A DNA stretch of 63,562 bases, counting the filler, from Octopus bimaculoides (Eukaryota), in NCBI RefSeq assembly GCF_001194135.2. It is 6 parts of 6 records of this genome, joined end to end, with 100 filler letters (N's around TTAATTAATTAA, not from the genome) between each part and the next. Parts side by side here need not be neighbours in the genome. Positions count along the whole stretch, not along the records: positions 7,349 to 24,450 come from NC_068985.1; 5 more parts are not named here. One strand, written 5' to 3'. Numbering within the stretch: position 1 is the stretch's first letter; every line of letters starts with the position of its first letter. Below the pieces are notes generated by a model, which did no database searches, was not told the origin of the DNA, and saw nothing but the letters and a program-made list of their open reading frames with translations. Made by a program: the position numbers and the translations under genes. Shown in pieces: positions 10,150 through 24,550 of the stretch.

Positions 10150-11050
10150 TACTCCTGAACCATCGAATTCACTATTTATCACACCATTGCCCTAATCAGG
10201 CACACAAAAAAGATCAGTCAAAAGGTATTGTTACGGAGGACAGAGAAGATCGTGGTGAACAGTTTGATAACGTACAGATGTGATTTCGCAAGAAGTTCAG
10301 GACTAATGACCAGATATTCAATATAGAAATCATGGAAAAAAGTGCTAAAATTCAGTGTTCATCCGAAGATTACATTTATAGGCTGCACAAATGGATTCCA
10401 CTCAGTGCGACACATAAATTTTTGATTTGCCTTGAAAATACGGATCAAAACTTTGGGTGTGAACGCTAAAGCTGTCACCTTTTTTAGTAATCACATCAAA
10501 ATCCAACAAGTTGCCATCAGAACAGAGAAAATACATTCAGAATGGTTCTATATCGAAAAATGATTTCGTCAAGTTTCTCCTGCCTCAACCATATGATTCA
10601 AGGAAGATATAATAACAGTTGGATAAGAATCATCAGTGGAAAGAATATCAACTGTCTATGATATGATATATCGCAATATCACAAGAGGCGCTACAGGGAC
10701 TACTGGGAAAGGTAAAATGTGTATCAAATGAATGCCAACTGGAAATCAGCAGAAAGGGAATGAATGTTTCGGCAGTGACAATAAAATTCCAGAGCAACTC
10801 AACATAAAATACTAAGGAGTTTCCTCAAGACAAGTTTCCAAGTTCAAATATCAGATTGCTATCATAGAGCAATGAAGATGTGAGGACTATGAAATAACAG
10901 CGCCATACAAGCTGGGAAAACAGAGCTCCTAACAAATGCAATGCATTTCAAACAGCTGGCTACCGAAGAGTGCAGAGTATCAACTGATTAATCATGGACG
11001 AAACGTGTCAGTCAGTACTTGAGGAAATGTGGAAGAAAATTTAGGCAACA
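10150..11050 (+). mobile_element. Highly degenerate non-LTR retrotransposon RT remnant (R4/Dong-like)
   Basis: Decayed motifs resembling KAFDSVRH (gattccactcagtgcgacac) and LSP-x-x-F (agtttctcctgcctc). Many stops and frameshifts. Confidence 0.45.
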
Positions 11051-11434
11051 CTCAAAATCAAGAAAGGAAGAGAAGGACTGTACTTATTTATGATTGTCTG
11101 TTTAGTTGAAATGTTACATCAATCAATATGATGTATTTTACAAATAAAAATGTTATGTAAATCTGTACAGGATTAAGTAACTGTTCCATTCATTGCCTCT
11201 TTAAATTGGCTGTAAGAGTAAGAGTAACACCGGTGTACGAAGTTGAATTTGTTTAAGTAAATTGAATGAAAGGCAGAGGTGCATAGGAAATAAAATAAAC
11301 AGTTGTCACACTATCAGAGAAACACTCAACTGTGGGAATTATGAAAATGAAGTGTCCCACAATTTCCCATTTGTTCAGTATATGTCAATGATATTAGATT
11401 TCCTATTTGTTTAGTATATGTCTATGATATTAGA

Positions 11435-12362
11435 ACTGGCAGTATAACCCGGCGTTGCCCGGGATTAAGTTATTATTATTATTAAGCTAATCAAGCACTT
11501 TGTTTCAAACCAAGCTAAGTAACACTGACATCAAATTTGAGCGAAATCCGTTGAAATTGGTAAACGTTTGGCTGAAAATGGGTTGCAGACAATTTGATTG
11601 GGAAATCTCATAAGGAATCGGTTTATTGATTTTTCATCCTGATTGAATGGAAAACCCCATAAGGAATCAGATCTATATTTATACTTTAAAGTTGGTTTTC
11701 ACACCCAACCCAGTTCTGCAGAATCAGCGTCGCAACGGGAACGCAGGTGCTAGGAGTTTGACCGTCAGGTTGCACATGCCGACTCTGTCGAAACCACCCC
11801 CATCATCTAACCCCCCCTTGGCCCATGGGTTGGGAGCCCCTCCTGCAAGGAAAATAGAACGTCCAAAAGGGCTCCCGATCGTCTGTGTCAGAAGAGGCTA
11901 TGTTCGGATCACAATTATCCTTATGCTTAGCCTAAGCTAACCTAGTGAAATGGGGTTCGGGAGCCTCTAAAAGGCAGCGACTAATCCCGAACTAGTCTTA
12001 ACCCATCCTAGGGATACTATCGGTCAAGGCTGCTTTTTCTTAGTGCAAATCATGCGAGTGTTAATCTAAAAATTTACCCTCTGTTTTTCCTTTTCGCCAT
12101 TGCTAGACAGGAGACTTAACTCATGTTAGCAAACTTACGGATTTCACCGATGTGGAAATTGGTAAAAGTTATGATTGAAAATCGATTTTAACCGCTATCG
12201 CGGGTGCCTCACGAAAAATAAGTTGACAAAAACACAGCCATGATCCTGACCAATGTCCTAAAATTGGGGCAACATGCGTGTTAATTTGTGGACGTGCATA
12301 AATTACATTTACGTACACACACCTCCCTTTATAGATATAGATATAGATATAGATATAGATAT
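11435..12362 (+). mobile_element. Non-autonomous Helitron/Helentron-like element with a nested unclassified repeat (about 11690-12130)
   Basis: Starts actggcagtataacccggcgttgcccggg and ends ...ctttatagatatagat(atagat)n. These are typical termini of HINE/DINE-like rolling-circle elements. Confidence 0.55.
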
Positions 12363-13616
12363 ATATATACAATGTTTCCCTAAATATCTGTTTGTCATCT
12401 TAGCTATTTACAACAAGTAATCGTCGATACCAGCCGGTGTGAAACTGACTATTATTACGTAGCAATGAACCTAGAGTTCAGATTTTTTTTTAATAATGCA
12501 AAAACACAACCTACAGAAAGCAAACAAAAAACGTCTTTACGTAATAGCTTCTCCTTTTACAACTAGCAACAATATGTATCTCGCTCACAGATACATAATT
12601 ATCTCGGTAAACAAATGAACACATTGTATAATATAGCGATATTTATTAGGCTTGGGAAAAACAGAGTCAAGAAAGGAAGATTTTGGTCAGTGTTTTAGAT
12701 TAATTCTGACCTTGAGCATTACAACCTTACAAACGGTAATCAAATAACAGCTATTTTTCGTTTCGTAATTAACCTAATTTTTATACACAAGTCTTCTACA
12801 ACACACTAAATATAAAACATTCATTTCTTCATTTCTACAATTTACTCACTTGTTTTCACTTATTCCCGCTTGCACCTATGAGAGATGGAAAATTGGTGTC
12901 AAAAAGAAAAAGTTGGAGAAAACATAAGGAGTAGTGTTTGTGTGACTTCCTGTGTCTTTCTATTCATGTAATGTAGTTTTGATAGAAGAGTATTAAGGAT
13001 CCTGCCAAACCCAAGCCCACACACACCCCTGCGTACACACACAAAAAGATATGCATTTATATGGATATGTGTATATGCACACGCACATACAGTATATATG
13101 CTTAGATATAGATACTGTGCGGAGTAGTTGTACTGGTGTTGTTGCGATCCAACAACACATACACACCCACAACCACGCACAACCGTGTACAACCATGCTG
13201 AGACCCCCTTTGGTCATGACTGACCATTGGAATGCACCTAGAAATTTACCCTCCGAGGCACAAGTCCGGACAAGGTTGTGTGTGGAAGACCAGCAGTCGC
13301 CCGTGCATACCGGCCTCCCCTCTCCACGCCACCATTGTTACCCGANNNNNNNNNNNNNNNNNNNNNNNNNNNNNNNNNNNNNNNNNNNNNNNNNNNNNNN
13401 NNNNNNNNNNNNNNNNNNNNNNNNNNNNNNNNNNNNNNNNNNNNNNNNNNNNNNNNNNNNNNNNNNNNNNNNNNNNNNNNNNNNNNNNNNNNNNNNNNNN
13501 NNNNNNNNNNNNNNNNNNNNNNNNNNNNNNNNNNNNNNNNNNNNNNNNNNNNNNNNNNNNNNNNNNNNNNNNNNNNNNNNNNNNNNNNNNNNNNNNNNNN
13601 NNNNNNNNNNNNNNNN

Positions 13617-14178
13617 CGTATACTAAACTATATCAAACACTCACGCAACATGACTACACTTATATATTAAATATAAGTGTAGTACGAAACAGTATTGAAT
13701 AAAATATATGCGTGTTCAATGATGTTAAACAACATTGTGTACACTTACATGTGGCAAGATCTTACGTGCTAGAAAATGACTCGGAAGAAATTTCTTCTCT
13801 AAACCCGAACACTAAACCTAAAACCCTAAAGCTAAACTGTACAAACGTACGAATGATGTCATAAATAACAGTACCGCCGATAGTTGTTGTTGACACACAA
13901 CGGCATTAATTTTATTCAAGAGAAACGATCCCATTACACCGCCACAACGTATTGTTGACACTCCACAGCAGTAATTGTTTCCACCTCAATAGACGTCAGT
14001 GATTGGTTGAAATTACCGAAATACGACAAATTTAACACGAAATAGCTTTAAAAGTATAAACTTTTCTCAACAACACTAAGAGTAAAAGATGTTTTATATG
14101 ACACATTCTACCAGTGTCGCAGGTTTGAAAATGTTTCTTTAGGAAACAAATGGTGTCCGCCAAATCAGAAAGACCCGT
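13617..14178. mobile_element. MITE-like element, right end only, related to 53390-53906
   Basis: Shares gtcagtgattggttgaaatta.cgaaat with 53720-53750, has degenerate (ccctaaa)n and ends ...tcagaaagaccc. The left end is in the 13345-13616 gap. Confidence 0.5.
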
Positions 14179-15497
14179 ATTTTGTTTTCGAGCTCAATAT
14201 ATAAAGACATAAAACATTTTCTGTCACAATACAGGAAAGTTTGAGGGAGATATGAGTATTATTTCTACTTGAGCCAACGATCGTGTCTTTCAGACGTTAG
14301 TGCCACGATTGAATCAGAATGCGAACAACAGATCTTAGAATCGAAAGAGTTGTTTCTGAGATATAAAAAGTTAAATTAAACAATTAAGGAAATTAGCATG
14401 AAATATGGGATATGGAATAGAGATCTTGAAGAAATAAATTAAATGAGCGAGATAAAAATGAAAATAAAAAGCAAACAATAACTGTAAAGACAAAATATTA
14501 ATTCTAGAGATACTTATATACGTCATTTTAAAATAATGAGCAATCTAACTCGTATATCAACATAACACAAAATGTATTTTCAGGCACGTAAGATAGGTTA
14601 TAATCTAATAAAATTGCAGACCTGTGAAATATTTTAATAAAAATTTCATTATAACGGCTATAAATTGGCTTCTCAAAGTAAATTGGTGAATTATAAGAAT
14701 ACAAGATGAGTTATCTTAACATTTGCAGAGTTTGCTGCTGAAATTACATTTTTCTTTTTTTTCTTTTTCTTTTTTGTCTTGTTACTAAAGTAAATATTTA
14801 TCTTCGGTTGAAATATTTAGATAATAATTTATTTTTCTGAACAGATACGCATTGAAATAATTTCTTTGTTTTCTTTATGGTGCTTTTTTAAAACACTTTA
14901 TTATCATTTACGTACGCATGCTTATTTGTATTTCAACATTTGGATTGCAAGGGGAGGCAATTGCTTATGTGTTTATATATAGCTATTTGTCTTGTGCTCA
15001 AAAAATACACATTCACACAACATTTATATGTGTGTTTGCAAATACGCACGTATGTATTTGAATGAATATAACATTTGCATTATATATGCACGTGTCGAAT
15101 GTAAATATTGATTTATGCACGCGCATAGACACACACAGTTAGGTAGGTAGGCAAATAGATAGATGAATATATATATATACTCATAGATACATACATACAT
15201 GCATATATGTATATATATATATATAGATATTATGGGTGTGCTTGGAGGGGTGAAAGAAGCAGGTTTTGAAAATATGAGGTTTTAGTTTCAGGCCTACAGT
15301 GCAATATTTTGGGTTAATGCCGTCTACAAAACTTCCGGCCGAATAATGGCCTTGGGTACTGAGGTCGATTTGTTCAAGTAAATCCTTCAAGACTATACTC
15401 CACCATAGCCGCAGTCACGTAACTTAAACAGGAGAAAATATACGTATATGCAAATGTATACATGTATATGTGAGGGTCGTGTGTATATATATATAGA

Positions 15498-15528
<31 letters not shown>

Positions 15529-15532
15529 GTGT

Positions 15533-15591
<59 letters not shown>

Positions 15592-16349
15592 AATATATAT
15601 ATGTGTGTGTGTGTGTATATATACATATATATATATATATTTATATATATGTATGTATGTTTGTGCGTATGCATGTATGAACACACATACACGCATATAT
15701 AAAATATGTCTATGTATGTATGTATAAATAATCCTCTGCTAGATTTTGAATAACAACATTGTTTCTAAAATAGGCATCAAACCAGAAATCTGGTGGGCTG
15801 GAAGAATAGCTTATTTGGACAGTTGAAATGAAAAGCTGCGATGACCTCGATGACATATGAAATCATAATAAAATAGGTTTGAATGAAATATTATGATGCA
15901 TTTTGTCCCATGTACTAAATATTTTGACAGTGTATCGCACTTAAATTTAAATTTAGACAGAAAAACAGAAATGTTTCTAGAAAGAAGTTAGTCGACTAGC
16001 TCTCTTCGTGTACTTAACTTGAATTTTAATCCGGAGAGATGACAGGTGAGATTGTCCTCATTTTGCGATTCTATGTATGAATGAATGTAAATCTTTAGAA
16101 TACTGCATTGCATTTTCTAAGAGACTAACGGTTTTGCTGATTAATCGTTTATGTCATCGACACTTGGCCTTACGTTTTTAGAGAGTGAGCTAATCGATAA
16201 ATTGACCTCAGATCTAATAGACCCGGGACAAATATTCTATTACATCTTTCCGACAAGCCACTATCTTACCGTCTGTGCTTATAGTAGGGATAATAAGACA
16301 CAAGAGACAAGAGTGGGCATCCTTGAGGGGCCTAACATGCGATACTAAT

Positions 16350-18100
16350 GGATTCCAATAGATGACCACCGAACGGATGTCGCTGTACATTGCAATGATC
16401 CAGCTTTTGAAATCGTTTCGGCCCTATTTGGTATTTGTATGAGACCCACTCATACTAGGATGCTTACAAACCCTCTCAATGATGTAACGTGAGGCGGAGG
16501 TTTTTGTGGGTAGATCTGTTTGGGATAACTCATGTCTGCGCGTCACCTACCTGTGTATCGACATCAAGCGTCAAACTCTTGACTAATGCGTTGGCCAAGA
16601 TCTTTTAACTTGCGTTCAGCAGAGCTACGGGCCTAAAATTTACTATTTGTTCCCCGAAGTACGTTTCCATTCTCTTCAGCACTACCATGTTGCGGCTCAC
16701 AGCACTCGGAATTCTTCCAATCTGCTACTGGTTGCGGTAGACATCTGTCAAGAATATACCGAAAATATTTGACACAAGAAAACATAGCTCGAAGGCCAGA
16801 CCATACAGGACATGAGGTTTCTCTTTTGTGTTGCTAGTCATCGCGTCCCATATGTCTGCAGCTGTTATCAGCATTTCGCAGAATACCGCCAAGGGAGGAA
16901 GTGAAATCTTCCTCCATATCCGACCCACCACGGAACTCGTACAGTTCAGCGAAGTGCCGACGAAATTCCGTGCCCATTTTCTTGGATCCGTGTAGCATGC
17001 TCCCCTCCAGGTCCGTGAAAGACCGAATTCTTGCTTTCTTGCCAAGTTGCACATCTACCATCCGAGCTTATCGAACGATTTTCCTCTTCTGATGTCTTAA
17101 CGCACGCGCCCTAGCTGACAACACAATATTCGTGCTTCACATTGTAGAGTTAATCAAAAGCTAATCTCACCGCGTGCACGCCAGTTGCAATGTCCCTCCT
17201 CATCTAGCCCTCCAACTAGATCTCCCTCTAACCTAGATGTCTTTAAAGCTATTTCCTTACTAAATCCTACCGTCTCTAATTAAATAACCCTGTTCAGGGC
17301 TATCCACTGTCGATTGCTGATGATAGCTCCCGACAACTTCAGACGGACTAACTTGGTAACCCGCTCTCTGAAATTTTGACTTGCCGGGTAGGACTCGTAC
17401 AGCTTCCAGTGTCCAGAACCTGTCCTATGGATCCTATCTATGTCCATGGTACAGATCACAAACTTGTCGTCTGTGTGACCGACGAATACGAATTATGGAC
17501 ACCCTGTGCTACTTCTGTCTACAGGGTAAGAAAATATTCTATATATATTCGATCTGGAAGACCCTATGGTTTTTGTCTATGTCACATTGACACTTTCTGG
17601 AAATCCCGTCGATACTTCTAAGCCTATTGGAAGCAACTGGGCATGTTTGCGAGGCTTTTATACTCACCTCACCGATCAGTTGTCCCACCCTATCCAGGCG
17701 TGCGTCCAAGATAACGTTCCAGTCGCCCACTAGCACTAACATGTGATACGCCCCAAGAAAAACCTCCAAACATCTGAAGAAATATGTTCACGCTACACCA
17801 GTTGGGACATCCAAAGTCACTTGTCTGAAAGCAGCACCATTGCTATCACTCTCATACAGGGCAACCTACTTTTAATCGGTGTCCCGGAAGATCGTCCGTT
17901 CCTCGAGATCCAGGCCTATCGTAAACATCCTATGACTCTCCACCTCTAGTCCCAGGTCGAAACAGATTTGCGTAGATCTCAAAGTTGTCAAAATTAGGAA
18001 GTAATGTGTCAGAAACCCGGCTCTCATTGTCGGACATAACGTCCTAAGCTAGCGACATGAGAACCTACATTGCTTCCATGACAATCACAGGCCACGAATA
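16350..18100 (-). mobile_element. Tx1/L1-clade LINE ORF2 remnant (APE endonuclease plus partial RT)
   Basis: LVLVGDWNVILDARLDRVG (APE motif), LPDRIY, GSGHWKLYES (GxGxWKLN motif), and decayed RT N-terminal sequence near 16400-16600. Multiple stops. Confidence 0.8.
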
Positions 18101-19930
18101 TTTATACAGCTTACTCTGGTAACCAACATGTTGTCTGCAATGCGCTGAGAGAATGGAAAATGACGAATTACTTACTCTCTTGTTGCCGTTGGAGGTCGTG
18201 TTAGTGGTGATTGAGTTGACTGTTCTGCAACTGGTGGAGTTGTTGTTGTTTTTAATGTCTCTCTCCTTGTTATGAGAGTGGTTCCTGTGTATTCTGGTAT
18301 GTGCATTGGTGCAATGGCTGATGTTTTCATTCTCTTTCCTTTTTTTCCTTTGCTTGGTTTGCGGGGATCCTCCTTGTCTTCACTTCCAGATGTGGGAGAA
18401 CAAGTGTCCGTGGAAACTCTTCGGTCATGGGTGGGAATATGTATGTGCTTGCATGAGAGTCTATGTATGAGTGTGTATTAGAGAAAGTGGAAAAGGAAGA
18501 GCTGGGTTGAGAGGAGCTCTGGTTGGTAGTTTCCGTTGATTTTTAGTTGATGTTGGTGGTTATGGTTATGAGAGATTTACTAGGCCTGTGGTAGTCGTAT
18601 CTGATTACTGGAATTGGCTTCGCAACCGCTGGTGTAGGTGTTAGTGCTACTGCTGTTGCTTCTATGTAACGGTAAATTTGGTGATTTTTTCCTGTGGTTG
18701 AGGATGTGTTGTTGGGAGTGAGGTTGGCCTCGAACGTCCTATCGTTTTGAGCAGAACCTCCTATCGTTTTGGCCTCGAACATCCTATCATTTTGGATTGT
18801 GCAACCGCAGAGATCGGATTTTGACTCTCTAACTCCTACGACTACAGGTTGAGGTCTATATATTCGGACTTCACCTAGAGCAAAATATCTAGATTTATCC
18901 CGAACCAGTTCTATCTTCTGCTTCGTTTGACATCTAGGAGTATCGTTCAGTTCTCTAAGACCATGCAGCCACAATCTGCCAAAATCTGACGTCAAAAGAA
19001 CAGCCAATAACTTCACCCTGGCAGTTATCAGTGAACGGTACGTTGGAAAAAGGACACACTCCTCACTCCAACGAGGTGTCACAGAATGTTTTGTGTAAGG
19101 TTCTGACTCCAGAATAGAACCTCGATGTAGACCATCTACTTATCTGCTTGTATGTGGGTCACATTTTCTATAATGTCTCTCAGAACATTCTCGCTCTGAA
19201 TGATTGAACTGGCTCGGCTTGCCTACTCTTCAGTGAAACATATCTGTAGAGGACTCTCCTTTTTTCTCGACCTGACACGATTACGAAAATCTTTTTGTGT
19301 AGATGTGGTTGTTGGACTCGTTAATCGTCCCACTAGTTTTGAAGTTGTAGCTAATGTTCATGCCCTAGGTTTTGATTTGTTCCTCACAGTGTCACACTTT
19401 TGTTTCCTTTGTGTTGTTTTCTTTGTTTTCTTTGTTGTTGTTCTGTTGTTGGTGGTAGTGCGAGAGGTGGGAGTATTGGGGACAGTGGTGTTGGTGCCAA
19501 TGATGTCGATGGATTTGTTATAGTCACTAGTTGTGGTGGATCTTCTGTCAGGCGTGTTGGGGTGGGGGGAGTATTTTCGTTTGTATTGTTGCTTTTTGTT
19601 GTCGTTGTTCTCTTTTGTTGTTCCCGTGATTGTAAACAGTGTTCTAATTCTTAGCAGCTTATATTAACTCCGTGCTTTTCCCATGTTGTGTTGTAGTTGT
19701 CGCGGCTGTCGTCCTGCTGCTACTTTAATGCTTTTGATAATTTTGCTGTTTTCTTCTACGGATAGATAGCTATTCTGTTCAACGGAGAAAACAACTCTAG
19801 TCCCCTATCGTTCTTTTCTAATACAAAATTTCAGAGGCATGGTTACTAAACAAATTCCGACATGGCTCTTCAGGGCTATAGGTACAGATACACTTATTAG
19901 TTTCCTGGGGCCCTGGTAAGTTAATCTATA
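18100..19930 (-). mobile_element. Tx1/L1-like ORF1 remnant
   Basis: Lies directly upstream of ORF2 on the same strand. Low-complexity Thr/Asn/Lys-rich tracts and decayed V-V-x-G-R-x-P-x-C zinc-knuckle lead-ins near 18830 and 19710. Confidence 0.45.
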
Positions 19931-19995
19931 AAAGGATAACAAATGTTATATACATGACTTTGTGTAACAACAGCTATAATAACAAGGTTATTCGT

Positions 19996-20460
19996 AAGCT
20001 TCTGATCTTAGTTGAATGGAAGTCCTAACATGTACTTAACTTGGCTTGGTGTGAAAGATGTGCTACAACAAATATTCTGCTCAATAACGCAGATTTGCTT
20101 GTCACTTATTTCACCTTAACCTGCTGAGCATGTCCCTTAGTGGCTGACGATTTGTGCATCTCTGATAACGAGTAGAAATAGTAGGGAAGCCTCATGGCCT
20201 TGTGTTGAGGGGAATTCTGTTGGGTTTGAATAATTCACCTCTGGAAACATGGTTGTGTTGTTCATCATACTTAAACAAACCTTCTTCAAGAAACTTTTTA
20301 GCAGGATGGGCTACTCGACAGGAAGAAAATTCTAACTAGGTCCCACATGTATAGTCATGCGCTATTTATCTTGATATGAGATTACCATGTCGTGTACATA
20401 CGGCTGCGAGGCATATGATTGGTGTAAACTGATCAGAAGGGTTGTCATGATGGGTATATT
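19996..20460 (+). mobile_element. Unclassified ~450-bp interspersed repeat with (AAT)n tail, copy A (B 20891-21322, C 21497-21933, D 60463-60997)
   Basis: Four aligned copies (cagatttgcttgtca...gaaaattctaact...gtcatgatg...ctctctcactc-aataat). Confidence 0.85.
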
Positions 20461-20476
20461 AGGGTAGATGATAGGT

Positions 20477-20659
<183 letters not shown>

Positions 20660-20885
20660 TATACAAACAAATACATAACAAAAACACCAGGACTTACAAA
20701 TATATATAACATACCGAAAATTGCACGACTGGGCACTCCACACATCCTACGCAAAACACTTTCAATACAGTAACCATAAGAGCATCACAGCAAACCACAG
20801 CACATACCCAAGGTACACAGAGCTTCGCTCGGTAGTGAAGTGAAAGCACGTTATAAAAATAAAACTACTGAACAATAATAATAAT
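20660..20885 (+). mobile_element. 3' end of an R4/Dong-like LINE with (AAT)n tail (second copy 61788-61935)
   Basis: C-terminal peptide KIARLGTPHILRKTLSIQ* (LLGTAHILRKTLSMQ* in the second copy), then a short 3' UTR ending actactga.c-aataataat. Confidence 0.8.
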
Positions 20886-21354
20886 CATAACCACAGATTT
20901 GCTTGTCAGTTGTTTGACCTTAACCAGTTGTGCATTTTCCTTAGTGGCTGATGATATGTGCATCTCTGATTACGAGCAGAAGTAGTGGGGGAGCATCATA
21001 GCCATGTGTTGAGAAGAATTCTCTGGGGTTTGAATAATTCACCTTTGGAAACATGGGTGTTTCGTTTAACGTCCTTAAACAAACCTTATTCGGCGACCTT
21101 TTGAGCAGGATGGGCTGCTCGACCTCAAGAAAATTCTAACTGGAACCCCACCTGCGAGGTCATGCGGTGTTTATCTTGATATGAGATCACCATGTCGCGC
21201 ACATATGGTTGTGATGCATGTGCCTGGTGTACCCTTATCAGACGGGTAGTCATGATGTGTATAATGGGCTTCATACATTTTACCCCAATGCTACTTTGAT
21301 GGCAAGCACTGCTCTCTCACTCAATAATAATAATAATAATAATAATAGTAGCAT

Positions 21355-21418
<64 letters not shown>

Positions 21419-21448
21419 GGGGGTGGGGGGTGTTGGTGGTGGTGGTGG

Positions 21449-21491
<43 letters not shown>

Positions 21492-21933
21492 AATACCAGG
21501 TGACTCTCATCGTTTTGCTCTTAGCTTACCGGAAGTGTTTTCATGTATATTGATTTGACTAGGTACAAAAGAAGGGCTACAGCAAATATTCTGCTCTATA
21601 CCACAGATTTGCTTGCCAGTTGTTTGACCTTAACCAGTGGAGCATGTCTCTTAGTGGCTGACGATATCTGCATCCCTGATCACGAGCAGAAGCAGTGGGG
21701 GAGAATCAAAGCCATGTGTTGGGAGGAATTATTTGGGGTTTGGGTAATTCACCTTTGGAAACATATGCTGCTTCATTCAACATCCTTAAAAAAACGCTTA
21801 TTCAGGGAACTTTTAAGCAGGATGGGCTACTCGACGTGAAGAAAATTCTCATTGGGACCTGGCTTCAAGGTCATGCGCTGTTTATCTTGAGGCATGTGCC
21901 TACTGTATCCTTATCAGATGGGCAGTCATGATG

Positions 21934-23626
21934 GATAGACTTGGCTCCGTAAATTTTACTCCGGTGGCACCAATTATTATAAAATACATAAGGCACTCAA
22001 TGAACAAATAGCAGACAGTGCTACAGCTCCAAACAAAAGAGGGATTTGTGAAAACGAAAGCCATCCCCGTTAGAAGAGGAATATTCCAAGGAGACACGCT
22101 CTCTCCACTCCTGTTCTGCCTGGCACTCACACCTTTAACTGAATTGCTAAATAGAACTGGATGCGGTTACAAATGCTACGGAAAAACAGTCAACCAACTT
22201 CTATATATCGATGACCTAAAATTATATGCTAAAAATGACAAAGAGCTAGAAACACGACTACATACAGTACACGGCTTTACCAAGGAAATAGATAGAAATT
22301 CGGATTAGAAAAATGTGCCAAAGCAACCCTGAAAAGAGGAAAATTAGTTAAACGTAGCAATATAACACTAGATAAAGCCAATGAAATAAGAGAACTAGAC
22401 GAAAGCCAACCATACAAGTATTTAGGAGTCAATGAACTAGATAGGATACAACATACACAAATGAAAGAAAAAATAAAGAAAGAGTGCTATAGACGAGTTA
22501 GATCAATACTTAAAACAGGATAATGGGTTTCAACACTTTAGCTATCCCAGTTATAAGCTACAGCTACAACATCCTTAACTGGACACTAAACGAACTATCT
22601 AAAATAGACAGGAAAACAAGAAAAATAATGACAGGATATAGGATGCACCACCCAAAATCTCACATAGAAAGGCTATATATACAACGCACAGAAGGTGGCA
22701 GGGATCTTATACAGCTAGAAAACTATTATAAAATAACCATCATAGGACTGTAAAAATACCTACTTCAGAAGCAAGGAAAACTAATACAAATATCCCTAAA
22801 ACACGAGCAAAACAAAAATCTGTTTTCAGTATTTAAGGAAGCTGACAAATACAAACAAGAAATCAATCTACCTAACAAATACGAAGAAGAAGAAGAAGAA
22901 GAAGAAGAAGAAGAAGAAGAAGAAGAAGAAGAAGAAGAAGAAGAAGAAGAAGAAGAAGAAGAAGAAGAAGAAGAAGAAGAAGAAGAAGAAGAAGAAGAAG
23001 AAGAAAAGCTATAAAACAAATGAAATCCAAACTAAAACTAGAACAGCAACGGACCATAATAAAATGATGGCAAGAAAAGCCCATACATGGTAAATACTGT
23101 GCTAAACTAAATGCAAAAGAAATAGACAGAGAAAAATCCCAGCAATGGTTGAGAAGCTCAGGACTCAAGCAGAGACTGAAGGATTTCTAATTGCTGCACA
23201 AGACCAAAGCCTCGCCACCAGAAATCACCAAAAACATATAATGAAAAGAAACATAACAAGTAACTGTAGAATATGTGGAGATGGACAAGAAACAATAAAT
23301 CATATTATATCTGGCTGCCCAGTCCTGGCTAAGAAGCAATATATTCACAGACACGACGGAGCTGAGACCTATATACACTGGAAGCTATGCCAACACTATG
23401 GTATAACAACACGCCAGAAAAGGTCACAGAAAACGAGAAAGCAACCATACTCTGGGATATACCAATACACACAGATAGAGAAATTAAGGCCAATAGACCA
23501 GATATAGTTGTCAAAGATCATGAAGAAAAAAAATGCTTTCTAATTGATGTATCAATGCCAGCAGATGACAACGTTTCTCTAAAAGAAATGGAAAAACTTT
23601 CAAAATACAAAGACCTGGAAATAGAG
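21934..23626 (+). mobile_element. R4/Dong-like non-LTR retrotransposon, 5'-truncated, frameshifted RT plus RLE endonuclease
   Basis: RRGIFQGDTLSPLLF, LLYIDDLKLYAK, CRICGDGQETINHIISGC (CCHC), RHD, ILWDIPIHTDREIKANRPDIVVKD...LIDVS (PD-x-D RLE). The 3' end runs into the 23627-23925 gap and then (AAT)n. Confidence 0.9.
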
Positions 23627-23965
23627 NNNNNNNNNNNNNNNNNNNNNNNNNNNNNNNNNNNNNNNNNNNNNNNNNNNNNNNNNNNNNNNNNNNNNNNNNN
23701 NNNNNNNNNNNNNNNNNNNNNNNNNNNNNNNNNNNNNNNNNNNNNNNNNNNNNNNNNNNNNNNNNNNNNNNNNNNNNNNNNNNNNNNNNNNNNNNNNNNN
23801 NNNNNNNNNNNNNNNNNNNNNNNNNNNNNNNNNNNNNNNNNNNNNNNNNNNNNNNNNNNNNNNNNNNNNNNNNNNNNNNNNNNNNNNNNNNNNNNNNNNN
23901 NNNNNNNNNNNNNNNNNNNNNNNNNGAATAATGATAATAACAATAATAATAATAATAATAATGAA

Positions 23966-24042
<77 letters not shown>

Positions 24043-24342
24043 TGATGATGATAACAATAATAATAATAATTAATTCGTTTTAATGGCAACAAGGGCTACT
24101 ATCAATTAAAAACATGTAAGGACAAAGACAGGACGAAGGTTACAAAAGGTTTTGTCGGAAAAGGTAGAAATGTTCGTCTAAACAGAGGACGAAAACAGAG
24201 AAAGATATAACAAATAAATAATAATAATAATCATTTCTGCTAGAAGTACAAGGCCTCAAATTTGGGGGACCATAGTGAGTAACTGGTACTTATTTAAACG
24301 ACTCCGGGAGGATGAAAGGCAAAGTCAACCCCGGTAGAATGA

Positions 24343-24378
<36 letters not shown>

Positions 24379-24383
24379 CTGTA

Positions 24384-24450
<67 letters not shown>

Positions 24451-24550
24451 NNNNNNNNNNNNNNNNNNNNNNNNNNNNNNNNNNNNNNNNNNNNTTAATT
24501 AATTAANNNNNNNNNNNNNNNNNNNNNNNNNNNNNNNNNNNNNNNNNNNN

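Noticed and set aside
10980-11015. ctgattaatcatggacgaaacgtgtc hammerhead-like motif
   Set aside because: G8 is lost and stem I does not pair; at best a heavily decayed relic.
16657-16684. Minus-strand CTGAAGA...GAAACGTA hammerhead-like match
   Set aside because: No stem II or stem I pairing, and it lies within Tx1 RT coding remnants; a chance match.
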